DNA of 64,000 nt, taken from positions 15,517-79,516 of IMG/VR virus record IMGVR_UViG_3300037189_005453; one strand, given 5' to 3'. Source of the DNA: a virus. A model generated the notes under the pieces. The model was not told the origin of the DNA. It saw only the letters and a program-made list of their open reading frames with translations, and did not search any database. The position numbers and the translations under genes were made by a program. This document shows, one piece after another, positions 7,864-17,273 of the stretch (within the stretch, counting starts at the first letter, position 1; every line of letters begins with the position of its first letter).

Positions 7864-10800
7864 TTACTTCTTAAAGAATTCGGGGTGAGTTTGGGGAGTA
7901 GGTGACGGTGCTTTGGTAGCGTCAATTGCCTTTGTAATACGCTGACCCTTGGTTGTTTTCTTTGCTGCGGGCTTCTTAGCCGCTGGCTTCTTTTCCGCAG
8001 GCTTCTTGGCTGTAGACTTCTTGGCTGCAGGCTTCTTAGCTCCTTTAGCCACTGCTGATCTTTCAGCAGTTGCAGGGGTGATGTCACCAGACATAGTTGC
8101 GGCCAGCTCGTCGCGAGTCTTTGGAATCTGTCCAATTGAACGAGGACCACCACTGGGAACAGGTTCGGGTCGGAATCCAGCTTGACGCTGATCCCAACGA
8201 ATGCTCTGCTCCTTCTCCAGCTGCTTTTTGATTGCGTCTTCATCGCGCTCTTCAACAGGCTTTTCAGGAGCTTCAATTTCAACGTCCTCGGCTTTACGTC
8301 CAATACCAGACTGGGTAACGTTGGGAGACTCTTTACCGAGAGACGCAACGTGGACTCCACGGTTTACTACAGGAACAGGTGTGGCCTGGACTGTCTCGGG
8401 AGCAGACTCTCCTGTTCTCCACTGGACCTGTTCCTCTGACTCTGCACCAGTTCCAGAACGCTGACCGTCGATATCCATCGGTAGTCCCTTTTCGCGACCA
8501 CGAAGTCGGGAAGTTGATAGTCCTTTAGAACGCTTAATAAACTCTCTAATGATGTCCTTTGGAACACCTGAGAAGTCTGGGTGGCCTTCTTTAATCATTT
8601 TACGAGCGATGTTGAGCTTTTCCTTCATACCCTCGTCGGCCAGGTTAAACGTGTCTTCGCTTCCGTTTAGATCAACACCTGTTGGAACGTGTGTGATCTT
8701 GTACATGGTTTTTCCATTAGCGTCCTGGGATGTCTCAACCTTAATCTTGGGGCCCAGGTCAGCAGCATGAACAATCGAGGCAGGAATCGGGTTAGTTTTA
8801 ACTGTCTGAGTACGCTCCGACACCTTACCTGCACGGTTGAACTTGACCTTTGCGTCACGCTTAGCAATCTTCTCAGTTTCATCCAGGTTTAGGGGAGAAG
8901 GCGCGCGCCCTACGGCGTCTGCAACGTGAACGTACTTGTTAACGGGTTTTTCTCCTTTAACAGACAGTTCATCTCCACCACCGTAGGAAAGTTGCTGGTG
9001 AATGTCCTTAATCGTGGCGATGTGCTTTACCAGCTCTTTACGAGCAAACTCACCTGCTTCACGACCAGATACGATCTTTTGCTGTGTTGCGCGAACTCCG
9101 CCAGGAGTCGGGCTGTCAGAGAAGTCGAGGGCAACCCGCGGGAGATGCTGTTGGCCCAGGTATCCCTTGATACGGTCAAGGGCGGCCATCGTCTTAACAA
9201 GGCGGGCGGCCTGTGTCTGAATGTGCTTGTGGACTTCAGGAGCACCGTATGCGAGGGTCGGTGATGCGGTCCACTCACCATTAGCGTCAAGGATCTTTCC
9301 CACCTGCTGTCCGCGACCATCTGTCACAGTATTGTCAGCGGTTGCTGCCGCTGGGGTGTGGGTAATTGATCGAATGTGCGCGGCAAGGCGCTGAGCTGCG
9401 CCGTGTACCTCAGTGAGGGTTTTGAGTGGACTTTGATATAGCGCACCCGAGTCAGTGTTGGCGAGTTCTGATGCCAGGCTTGGTTTTTCGGGCTCGCGCT
9501 CTGTGTTAACTGCGGTAAAGGAGTTGGGGGTTGCCTGTTTCTTTACCCAGTTCTTCTGGGCATCGGCCAGATATGGCTCGGCCGCTGCGTTTTCCGCTTC
9601 TTGCTCTGGGGTTAGCTTATTGCGCTTTTTACCCGTGTGACGAGTGTGCGGCAGTGAGTAGCCACTTATCTCGTCAAAGTGAAGGAGGTCTTTTCCGCTC
9701 TTCTTGCTGGCAGTCTTTGGGGATTTGTACCCCTCAAGACCACGCCACTGAGGCGAACTCTGGTCTTCTGGAAGAGCGGTGTACTTGGTTGGGTGGTACT
9801 TGGTTCCATCAACCGCGTAAGGTTTGGTAGGAATGTGGCCTTCCAACCCTTCCCAGTCCTCGTGTGATCGGTCGGATGGCAGGGGGAAACCTGTCCTGGG
9901 GTGATATGGGAGGCCGCCCTGGAAGAACGGACGAGTCCTGTCGATGATAATATCCTGGGGAACATGGGCTTCCCAGTTGCTGTGTACGCTCATATCACGT
10001 TCTGGAGCCTCTTCGGCACGCTGTCTACGAGCTTCGCGTTGAGCTGCCTCTGCGTCCTTCAGGGTTTCAAAAGCCCCCCTAAACGTACCGTTTCGCGAGC
10101 TGCCTCGACCTGTCATGCCCTGAACGATTTCTTCATTTTGGGCAGAGGTTCGTTCCGCGTTTTCGGCTCGTTGCTGCTCCCTTACACTACGCTGTTGCTC
10201 CTGCTCGGGAGTAGCGGGGCTCGAGTCAATAGTGAGTCCTTTGCCTTGACCGCGAGGTGCAGTATTTGCGCGAATCGCGTCAATCTCGGCCTGATGGGCT
10301 GCCAGCATTTCTGGAGTCTTTCGACGTCCTCTGTTAAGAGACTCAAACTGACGCTGCTTAGCGTCAACCCGACGCTCGTTATCTGCCTTAATAAGCTCTA
10401 GCTGTTTTGCACGCTTTTCGGGATCGTCATACTTTTCGGAAAGAGAAATCTCATTACCCTGGGGTTGGAAAATGCTAATTCTGCCGCCGAGTTCGTTTGT
10501 GGGGGTAACAAACGGCTTAGTTTCTTCGCTAGATTCCCCAATCTCTGGCATAACACCAGTACCTGCAGCAACTCCTGAACGTCCAAAAATGGCACGCTTA
10601 GTAAGCCCCTTTTCCCAAAGAGCTGCTCCCGTGCTATCAGGTTTCCCAATGCTTCGGTCGCGGTCTTTAACGCGGGCAGGCTCCCTGAGTCGACTAGGTA
10701 ATGATGCCCCAATGCCGCCTACTCTTACGGGAGTCGGCTTTAGTGCCTGGCCCTTTTCGTCTGTTCCAAGTCGGCTCATAACCTGGTTGTAAATGTGGTG

Positions 10801-11076
10801 AGGGATAATGTGCTTAGGCCATGACTGGATGTCGGCGGATCGGACCTCACCGTTTTGAGGGTTGTACGGAAGCCTATTTCCCTGCTCATCCGCGTGAAAT
10901 GCACTGTGAGTAACACCAGAGGATGTGGGTGCTTGATCGGCCGTGCGAACACGTGCAACGACCTGACTAATCAGGGCCTCATCGGGGTTGCGACCTGCAG
11001 CTGGCTGCTGTGAGCCACCGTCTTCGCTCCCTGCGCCACCGCGTGCTTGGTGAAATGCGCCGCTAGTACCAGCCAT
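7864..11076 (-). CDS. large low-complexity, Cys-free protein with AKKP (histone H1/HupB-like) C-terminal tail
   Basis: 1070 aa; AGGAG RBS; C-terminal AKKPAAKKSTAKKPAEKKPAAKKPAAKK. Confidence 0.8.
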   Translation of the reverse strand: MAGTSGAFHQARGGAGSEDGGSQQPAAGRNPDEALISQVVARVRTADQAPTSSGVTHSAFHADEQGNRLPYNPQNGEVRSADIQSWPKHIIPHHIYNQVMSRLGTDEKGQALKPTPVRVGGIGASLPSRLREPARVKDRDRSIGKPDSTGAALWEKGLTKRAIFGRSGVAAGTGVMPEIGESSEETKPFVTPTNELGGRISIFQPQGNEISLSEKYDDPEKRAKQLELIKADNERRVDAKQRQFESLNRGRRKTPEMLAAHQAEIDAIRANTAPRGQGKGLTIDSSPATPEQEQQRSVREQQRAENAERTSAQNEEIVQGMTGRGSSRNGTFRGAFETLKDAEAAQREARRQRAEEAPERDMSVHSNWEAHVPQDIIIDRTRPFFQGGLPYHPRTGFPLPSDRSHEDWEGLEGHIPTKPYAVDGTKYHPTKYTALPEDQSSPQWRGLEGYKSPKTASKKSGKDLLHFDEISGYSLPHTRHTGKKRNKLTPEQEAENAAAEPYLADAQKNWVKKQATPNSFTAVNTEREPEKPSLASELANTDSGALYQSPLKTLTEVHGAAQRLAAHIRSITHTPAAATADNTVTDGRGQQVGKILDANGEWTASPTLAYGAPEVHKHIQTQAARLVKTMAALDRIKGYLGQQHLPRVALDFSDSPTPGGVRATQQKIVSGREAGEFARKELVKHIATIKDIHQQLSYGGGDELSVKGEKPVNKYVHVADAVGRAPSPLNLDETEKIAKRDAKVKFNRAGKVSERTQTVKTNPIPASIVHAADLGPKIKVETSQDANGKTMYKITHVPTGVDLNGSEDTFNLADEGMKEKLNIARKMIKEGHPDFSGVPKDIIREFIKRSKGLSTSRLRGREKGLPMDIDGQRSGTGAESEEQVQWRTGESAPETVQATPVPVVNRGVHVASLGKESPNVTQSGIGRKAEDVEIEAPEKPVEERDEDAIKKQLEKEQSIRWDQRQAGFRPEPVPSGGPRSIGQIPKTRDELAATMSGDITPATAERSAVAKGAKKPAAKKSTAKKPAEKKPAAKKPAAKKTTKGQRITKAIDATKAPSPTPQTHPEFFKK

Positions 11077-11077
11077 A

Positions 11078-11437
11078 TTAGTTTGCTCCTAAATCATTGC
11101 GGCTGCTACCACTGTAGCTGCCAGCTCCTCCAGAATACCAGGAAACACGGGGCTCCACATAGTTTCTGTCAACACTTACAACGTCATCAATCTCGGGTTG
11201 AGTTCGATCTCCATAACCAAATCTGGGGGGAAACAACTGGATCTGTGGAATGTTTGGCCTAACAATTTCTTGCAGTTTTGCTCCAGGAATGGTAGCAACG
11301 GCGAGTGCTTGCTGTGTCAACCGCTCTTCATTTGACGACCACGGTCCGTTGTACGTCCATCGAGGATTGCCATCAGGAGTAGTAACGCCCTGTTGCCAGG
11401 GTTTGGTGTAATCGTATCTTCCATCAAACTGAGACAT
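11078..11437 (-). CDS. hypothetical protein
   Basis: TAATG coupling. Confidence 0.65.
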   Translation of the reverse strand: MSQFDGRYDYTKPWQQGVTTPDGNPRWTYNGPWSSNEERLTQQALAVATIPGAKLQEIVRPNIPQIQLFPPRFGYGDRTQPEIDDVVSVDRNYVEPRVSWYSGGAGSYSGSSRNDLGAN

Positions 11438-11748
11438 TATTCGCCCTCATTCCATGGAAGTTCCTCAAACTTCTCAAAGTCAATGTTTGATTCAGAGAAA
11501 CCGTACATCTCTGGTTCGGGGTTAAGTGGGCGCAAGTGATCAATTGGTGATTCGTGGCGGTAATACTCCGACATCGAGTTTTGGTGTGGGTGCTCAAACC
11601 CCTCATAGTTCCCAATATCAAACATCTCATTAGGCTCGATACGCCAATCTTCATAACGATTCAGACGAAGGGCGTTATAGCTGTCGTGATACGGGCTGTT
11701 GTGATTAAAACTGCTAGATACTTTGCGGCCCATCATGATTACGCCCAC
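11437..11748 (-). CDS. hypothetical acidic protein (start uncertain)
   Basis: Fills gap, overlaps neighbours. Confidence 0.55.
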   Translation of the reverse strand: MGVIMMGRKVSSSFNHNSPYHDSYNALRLNRYEDWRIEPNEMFDIGNYEGFEHPHQNSMSEYYRHESPIDHLRPLNPEPEMYGFSESNIDFEKFEELPWNEGE

Positions 11749-12272
11749 CTAGGCTTTAGGTAATTCAACTGGTTGGCACGCTGCACGTTAATGGTTCCAG
11801 GAGAGTCGGAACGCATGTTGGACTTACCATCATTAACAAGGTGAGGAGCGGGGGTGAGTCGGATGTCCTGTGTGTAACGTTTGGTTGCCCACACCGTAAC
11901 GCCATTAATTTCTACTTGTTTTGCCTTCATCTGGCGCTGAATGCTGGTTTGATCGTTGAAGTCGGGGCTCCAGTAGTAGGCGGACGGCTCGATGCGCTCA
12001 CCCTTGTGCACACCACGCTGATATGCTTTCTGGTTGACCCTATTCTTAATGGAGTCAAGGAGGCGGTCATCACGACGCGAACGAATTGTTCCCAGGTACC
12101 CATCAGGATACTCGGCTGAAGGAACGCGGCCCGTGCCAATACGGATGGCATCCAGATCACCTCGAGCTACGGGGCCACCGTAACCGCCTTGGTTGTTGTA
12201 TCCGTTTAGTCCATTACCACCAATAGACTGCCAGTTTTGCTGGGGGCTAAAGTTATTGACTGCACCAGCCAT
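11739..12272 (-). CDS. hypothetical protein
   Basis: GGAG RBS, TAATG coupling. Confidence 0.7.
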   Translation of the reverse strand: MAGAVNNFSPQQNWQSIGGNGLNGYNNQGGYGGPVARGDLDAIRIGTGRVPSAEYPDGYLGTIRSRRDDRLLDSIKNRVNQKAYQRGVHKGERIEPSAYYWSPDFNDQTSIQRQMKAKQVEINGVTVWATKRYTQDIRLTPAPHLVNDGKSNMRSDSPGTINVQRANQLNYLKPRWA

Positions 12273-12553
12273 TACTGTGCTCCAATACTTCCACCAAAGA
12301 CTGTTCCAGAAGTGTCGGCAGTATATGCGTTCGGGTGCTGGCGTTCTTTAGCAATATCACTGCTGTAGAAATTAAACGCAGTAGACTGACGAGTAAATTT
12401 GCTACCTGGTCGAACAGTCGGGCCAACCTGGCGGTAATCGTCAATACTAGAAACGTGGTTAGCAGCAGACACGGGCGACAAGCGTAGTGTTGCTTCTTTA
12501 GGCCCAAGAACCCGCATTTGACTACCCGAAGTAACGTTGTGAGCCATTTCCAT
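12272..12553 (-). CDS. hypothetical protein
   Basis: AAGGA RBS. Confidence 0.6.
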   Translation of the reverse strand: MEMAHNVTSGSQMRVLGPKEATLRLSPVSAANHVSSIDDYRQVGPTVRPGSKFTRQSTAFNFYSSDIAKERQHPNAYTADTSGTVFGGSIGAQ

Positions 12554-12564
12554 GTTAATGTTCC

Positions 12565-12822
12565 TTAACGTTGAGGGGCCTGGTATGTGCCAGAGCTGAG
12601 GGTGTTTGCTCCAAGAGGCATAAACCCAGTAACAAAACGCGCGTCCATATCGCGATCAACTGGGTTCCCAGTAAACTGGTTAACGCTTAGAGGACGTGGG
12701 CTGCGCATAGAGGCCACGTTAATGTCCCGAACACGCTGAACTCCGCTATCACTGCTTACTTCAGGATTAGCGGAATTGGGGTTAAACGTGGAGCTGGTAG
12801 CGTCCATGCCAGTAGAAGGCAT
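12565..12822 (-). CDS. hypothetical protein
   Basis: Purine-rich RBS, fills gap. Confidence 0.6.
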   Translation of the reverse strand: MPSTGMDATSSTFNPNSANPEVSSDSGVQRVRDINVASMRSPRPLSVNQFTGNPVDRDMDARFVTGFMPLGANTLSSGTYQAPQR

Positions 12823-12832
12823 ACCCTACCCC

Positions 12833-13276
12833 TTAGTAAGCGGCCTGAATACCAGATTCGAAGTTCGGGTTAGTACGGCCCTGTACAGAAGGAATGACAC
12901 GGGCGTTAGCCATTGTCGGACCTGCTGCGGGGTCAACCTGAACGAACGTCGACTTGGGCTGAACGCGGAAAGTAGCACCAATATTTTCAATGTTGGCACG
13001 GTTCTGCTTTGAACCTGCACCTGTAGGATCAGCAGACTTGACGTTTTTGCGAGGCATCTGAGTGCCTGCAGTAGGCATAACAGGGGTAAAGGAGGGCATG
13101 TTGCTCTCCGCTGCTCCTACAGAAATGCGGTGGCTGCCAGCTGCAGCTGCCTGTGCGTGAGCCTCATCTGAGGTCTGGTGTGAACGTGCCATGCTGGTAC
13201 CTGCTGCTTCCAAAGGGTTTGAGGGGATTCCGCTACGACGACGCATTGCGTGTCCCACACTGTACTGAGTTGCCAT
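12833..13276 (-). CDS. hypothetical protein
   Basis: AAGGAG RBS; preceded by a TATCCT -10-like hexamer. Confidence 0.7.
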   Translation of the reverse strand: MATQYSVGHAMRRRSGIPSNPLEAAGTSMARSHQTSDEAHAQAAAAGSHRISVGAAESNMPSFTPVMPTAGTQMPRKNVKSADPTGAGSKQNRANIENIGATFRVQPKSTFVQVDPAAGPTMANARVIPSVQGRTNPNFESGIQAAY

Positions 13277-13313
13277 GGATAACTCCTTCGCTTATATCTA
13301 GGATAAGCTATTT

Positions 13314-13610
13314 TTAAGACGCGTAAATGGCAAACACAATCGCGGAGATCTCTCCGTCACGTGATTCGATTGTGGCAAAACCTGGGGTGCATGTGAGGTT
13401 AAGTCCTCGAGGGCCTACGTATCCACGTGCAATTGCCATAGCTTTGACTGCCTGGTTAACCGCACCTGCTCCTACGGCACGAAGCTTTACGCTTTTGTTT
13501 TCGTAGATTGCGTGTGCAATTGCGGATGCTACTGATTGTGGATTAGATCCAGCGCTTACTCTGAGTACAGGCTCTTCGGTGGACGGCAGGATGGGGGTTT
13601 CTTCGGTCAC
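13314..13610 (-). CDS. spoVS: SpoVS family (Alba-like) nucleic-acid-binding protein
   Basis: LRVSAGSNPQSVASAIA...LRAVGAGAVNQAVKAMAIARGY...PGF signature. Confidence 0.9.
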   Translation of the reverse strand: MTEETPILPSTEEPVLRVSAGSNPQSVASAIAHAIYENKSVKLRAVGAGAVNQAVKAMAIARGYVGPRGLNLTCTPGFATIESRDGEISAIVFAIYAS

Positions 13611-13671
13611 GATTTGTGGTCCTTTAGTGTTCGGTATGAGTGCGCCCGCCTCATCACTAAGGATACAGGAG

Positions 13672-14274
13672 TTAAAGGATTGTGTCGCGGTATTTAATAT
13701 CAGTTATTTTGTCAATAACTTCTTGCTCAATTTTATCAATAGCGTGTTTACCAGCTAAACGTCCAAGAGAATACGCGTCTGCGGCATTATCATCATTGAA
13801 CTCTACGCCCCACCTCTTATAGATCTGTAGGAGCATCTCTTGCTTCTTTGCAGTGCCCTTACCTGTCGCGTACTTCTTCAAAGTCATAGGGGGAACCTGT
13901 AAAGGGGTCCTTAGAGTTTGATCCAGGGCAGGGAAGTAGTTGTTGGACTCAAAGAAGTACTCAAAAAAGAAAAGCTTAACTGTTGCAGCGAGCTCACCGA
14001 GTACTAGGGCAGACTGGGATGCAAGAACAGTACCCTCCATAGCAACATCTATGGGGGTGTTTCCGTTGAGTTTAAGGTAACTAAAACGGCTGTGTAGAAA
14101 AGTTTGGATATCGTCCAAACGCTGGACACCAGAGTAATTCGATTTGTAGACCCAAGTCATGTGCTCCGAAGGAGATTCAACGGAGACCGCCGAGAAAGCG
14201 AACCCTGTCAAAGATTGGTCTATACCTATAGTTACTTGATGTTCTTTTCGAAGGCCTCCGTTGAATTCCTTCAC
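13672..14274 (-). CDS. ruvC: RuvC-like Holliday junction resolvase
   Basis: IGIDQSLTG, VAMEG, LKKYATGKG, DDNAADA catalytic motifs. Confidence 0.88.
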   Translation of the reverse strand: MKEFNGGLRKEHQVTIGIDQSLTGFAFSAVSVESPSEHMTWVYKSNYSGVQRLDDIQTFLHSRFSYLKLNGNTPIDVAMEGTVLASQSALVLGELAATVKLFFFEYFFESNNYFPALDQTLRTPLQVPPMTLKKYATGKGTAKKQEMLLQIYKRWGVEFNDDNAADAYSLGRLAGKHAIDKIEQEVIDKITDIKYRDTIL

Positions 14275-14276
14275 GA

Positions 14277-14831
14277 TTAGTCTACCTCTTCAGTTAGGGG
14301 AAGTGTGGCCATCTCGTGGAGGTCACCCGCAGGAACGGCAAAGTTCTTGTGACCGTATGGGGCTTTGTACTGGTTTCCAGTAATAATTTCATAACCACGC
14401 ATCCAACCAATTGCTCGGAAGGGAGGGGCAGCGTATCCGTTTTCAGGATCACGACGAGTCTTTTTCTCTGGACCACCAACCATCAGGATATAAATCTGAT
14501 TTGGGTCATCTACACCGAGCTTAAATCGCAGAGCGTATTTAGGTCCGTCTTCTCGCTCTTTAGAGAAGGAGTATCGGATCTCGTAACCTGGAATGTCCAA
14601 TACAGTGTGAAAGGTATTTGCGTGTGGCTCAAAATCATCCATGCCCATCATTCGGGCTGCTGCGATTTCTGACGCTGCACAAATCATGTGCTGCCAGGTT
14701 TCCCAGATATCGCCTTCGCTGTAGTTTCGATTACGCTCAGGTTGGCCTAACATGGGGAGCTGTCGTTCCCAGCCAACTCGAGCAGCTGTTGCCTCTTCCT
14801 GTGGAGTGAGGCTGTACATCCAGTTATTCAT
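14277..14831 (-). CDS. hypothetical protein (possible degenerate PD-(D/E)XK fold)
   Basis: ASEIAAA...LDIPGYEIR pattern; coupled ORF. Confidence 0.55.
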   Translation of the reverse strand: MNNWMYSLTPQEEATAARVGWERQLPMLGQPERNRNYSEGDIWETWQHMICAASEIAAARMMGMDDFEPHANTFHTVLDIPGYEIRYSFSKEREDGPKYALRFKLGVDDPNQIYILMVGGPEKKTRRDPENGYAAPPFRAIGWMRGYEIITGNQYKAPYGHKNFAVPAGDLHEMATLPLTEEVD

Positions 14832-15004
14832 TACCAGTCCTTTGAGGTTAAAGTTTCAATAACACCTTTGATAAGATCTGCGGCGTAAGAATCTGTGACA
14901 TTTGAGACCATCTCTTCTAGGAAAACCACGATCTCATTGCGCTCGGTTCGCATACCTTCAACAAACCAAGATAAAGACACAAAGTCTTCGTCAGGGCTAG
15001 TCAT
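14831..15004 (-). CDS. hypothetical protein
   Basis: Start MTSPDEDF overlapping upstream stop. Confidence 0.55.
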   Translation of the reverse strand: MTSPDEDFVSLSWFVEGMRTERNEIVVFLEEMVSNVTDSYAADLIKGVIETLTSKDW

Positions 15005-15434
15005 TGGGCCACGTTCCTTCAAGAACCATCATTGCAATGATCGAGTAGTTTGCCAGGTCCAGGAAGGAGTCACGGAGGCTCTCATTCTCTGGTGTTGCAC
15101 CGTTATCAATCAGGTGATTAATACGAGCAAGCTTGTCCCACATGCGAACACGCAAACCATTCAGGGGGCCACCAGGGCTTTGAGAAATGTTCTTGGGGCC
15201 GTAGTCCTTGTGCTTCTGTAGCAAGACTGCTTTAGCGTGCTGAAACTCCTGCTGTACAGATTCGTTGAACTCTTTGTTGGGGTCGTAATTGCGGATGCGC
15301 TCGACCAAGAACTCTGGAAGATCGTCGATTTCTCCCAGTCGTTTGTTCTCCTTAATCCATTCGCTGATGTCTACTGTTGCGGGGTCAATGCCCTGCTCCT
15401 GCAGTTCAGTGAAAATCTCTTTCATCTTGCCCAT
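14997..15434 (-). CDS. DUF1599 / nucleotide-modification-associated domain 1 (Nmad1, MazG-like fold) protein
   Basis: KHKDYGPKN...RMWDKLARI...ESLRDSFLDLANYSII. Confidence 0.85.
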   Translation of the reverse strand: MGKMKEIFTELQEQGIDPATVDISEWIKENKRLGEIDDLPEFLVERIRNYDPNKEFNESVQQEFQHAKAVLLQKHKDYGPKNISQSPGGPLNGLRVRMWDKLARINHLIDNGATPENESLRDSFLDLANYSIIAMMVLEGTWPND

Positions 15435-15889
15435 TAGTAGTCCTTTCGTATTGCCCAAGATTCGTTTGAGCGTCGTGTAATTTCTCGGCTTACGAGTGAG
15501 AGGTCTCGCTCGTGATTGGAGAGAAGCATCTCTACCAACTTACGATAAGCGTACTTCTCTTCGTAATCGTTGTCAAGGTCGACAACATCCTGGCTTACGG
15601 CGATCTCTGCTTTTACGGCAGTGATTCGTTCGCCCTTAACTTGTGCGCCCATTCTTTTTACAAGGAGGGTGTTCTCTAGGTAGTCCCGCTTCTTTAAAGC
15701 TGCCCGCTCTTCTAGCTGTGCCATGGTCAACTGTGAAGCAATGTAGTCGGTCCAGGAAGTCAGCTCTGTAAACAAACGCCCTAGTTCGTCTGAGGAGATG
15801 TCTGTAATATCGGCAGGGAGCCGTACTTGATCTCCTTCGGGGCGATGAAAAGCAAGGCCCCATCCTTCAAACTTTTTTACTGCACTCAT
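15434..15889 (-). CDS. helical protein, possibly UvsY-like recombination mediator
   Basis: Coiled-coil ending SREITRR, in RecA/exonuclease operon; AGGA RBS before ATG 15889. Confidence 0.5.
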   Translation of the reverse strand: MSAVKKFEGWGLAFHRPEGDQVRLPADITDISSDELGRLFTELTSWTDYIASQLTMAQLEERAALKKRDYLENTLLVKRMGAQVKGERITAVKAEIAVSQDVVDLDNDYEEKYAYRKLVEMLLSNHERDLSLVSREITRRSNESWAIRKDY

Positions 15890-15896
15890 GATGTTC

Positions 15897-16085
15897 CTAC
15901 GGCCATACAGGCATAGCTTTAATAAGGTCGATAGCTCCTTGGGCGGCGGCAACACCGTCTAGGGTAGCAAGGATGCGGTTACGCTCAACCTCAGCACCGT
16001 GTTCAGCACCCTTATTAAAAGAAATGCTGTTTGCTTTTAAATTGGCGCTGTAAACGTCTTTTTGCCAGTCTTCCATTTGTTCCAT
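15897..16085 (-). CDS. hypothetical protein
   Basis: GAGGAG RBS, TAATG coupling. Confidence 0.6.
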   Translation of the reverse strand: MEQMEDWQKDVYSANLKANSISFNKGAEHGAEVERNRILATLDGVAAAQGAIDLIKAMPVWP

Positions 16086-16945
16086 TAGTTGTTCTCCTCT
16101 GTGTACGGTTCGCACTGCTTGCAAGTGCCTCCAGGGTTGTTGTTGCAATCAGGAGCAACACCTGCATCTACAGCATCTACGATAAATTGCGCCTTGTCAA
16201 ACACGTGGCGTACCAGTTCAAAGTCTGCTTTTACCGAAAACTCTTTGTAAGACTGGTCTGCTTTAAGTTCGTATAAGAATACGATCTCGTTGATTGGATT
16301 TCCCATACGCTTCATCAGTTCCAAGTAAACCTGACCCTGCATGATGTGGTCTGAGAACGGGCGGCGTACGTTGTTCCACGCCTTCATGAAGTCTCCATCA
16401 GCATCCATAAACAGGTTTGGCGCTGATGAGCGGATGGTTCCTGGGCCGATTGACTTGATCTCGATCAGGGTGTCGTCACCGAGGCCCTTGATCCATCCGT
16501 CTGTGTGTCCCTTGATGCGCAAGTTATCGTCCTTTAGGGTAACCTCGGCATACTTTAGTTTGTACCCAGGAGCTCCGCACTCTTCACACGCCTCAGGAGA
16601 TGTCCCCCAGGTCATGTGATCACATCGGTCACACTGGAAGTTACCGTGAAGAACGCCCATCTCCTGGAACCAGTTCTGCCACTTAGCGTGAATAGCGTGA
16701 CCCTCGTCAAAGATGCTCTGCAGGCGTAGCCCAGGCTTTTCAGCAATCTTGGTGCGACCACTTAAAAGGAAATACGAAGCTCGCTTACAAAAGTCTTTCT
16801 TAATCATTTCTGACGGGTGAAGGACAGTCGTAGAACGGTCTCCTACAGGTCGCTCTTGCAGGTGACGCTCAATGTCACCTAGCAGGCGATGTGGTTTAGT
16901 TTTTGCATTAAGAAAGTTTTTTAGATCCGATTTTACTACTGCCAT
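16085..16945 (-). CDS. Cas4-like PD-(D/E)XK exonuclease
   Basis: LHPS...C, GHAIH, GHTDG...IEIKS, QGQVY, C-terminal C...CKQC. Confidence 0.88.
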   Translation of the reverse strand: MAVVKSDLKNFLNAKTKPHRLLGDIERHLQERPVGDRSTTVLHPSEMIKKDFCKRASYFLLSGRTKIAEKPGLRLQSIFDEGHAIHAKWQNWFQEMGVLHGNFQCDRCDHMTWGTSPEACEECGAPGYKLKYAEVTLKDDNLRIKGHTDGWIKGLGDDTLIEIKSIGPGTIRSSAPNLFMDADGDFMKAWNNVRRPFSDHIMQGQVYLELMKRMGNPINEIVFLYELKADQSYKEFSVKADFELVRHVFDKAQFIVDAVDAGVAPDCNNNPGGTCKQCEPYTEENN

Positions 16946-17273
16946 TTTTTTGCTCCTTTTTATCCAATTGAAAGACGTATTCTTCCAAACTCATTTGGTT
17001 TTTGAAACTTCGATTCCATTTACGTACAAGGGCGTTTCGTTCTCTGTGACTCATTCCGCCCCAGATGCCGTGCTGCTCGTTATCCCTAACTGCCGACAAC
17101 AAGCACTCGGCCCTAACTGGACAGGGTGACTTACCGCCTTCACCTAGACAATACGTCTTGGCTTCTGTCGCTATTTTTTTATAGAGATCTTTATCCCGAG
17201 GGGGGAAGAAGATGTCTGGATCTTCAATATTACGGCATCTGGCATCTTCTGTCCAATGCTGGTATTCAATCAC
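16908..17273 (-). CDS. whiB: second WhiB family transcription factor
   Basis: ARC...DPDIFFP...YC...CPVRAECL...HGIWGG. Confidence 0.9.
   Translation of the reverse strand: MIEYQHWTEDARCRNIEDPDIFFPPRDKDLYKKIATEAKTYCLGEGGKSPCPVRAECLLSAVRDNEQHGIWGGMSHRERNALVRKWNRSFKNQMSLEEYVFQLDKKEQKNGSSKIGSKKLS

Noticed and set aside
16085-16945. CRISPR-Cas system suggested by Cas4-like gene
   Set aside because: No repeat-spacer array or other cas genes; solo Cas4-like exonucleases are normal in phage recombination modules.
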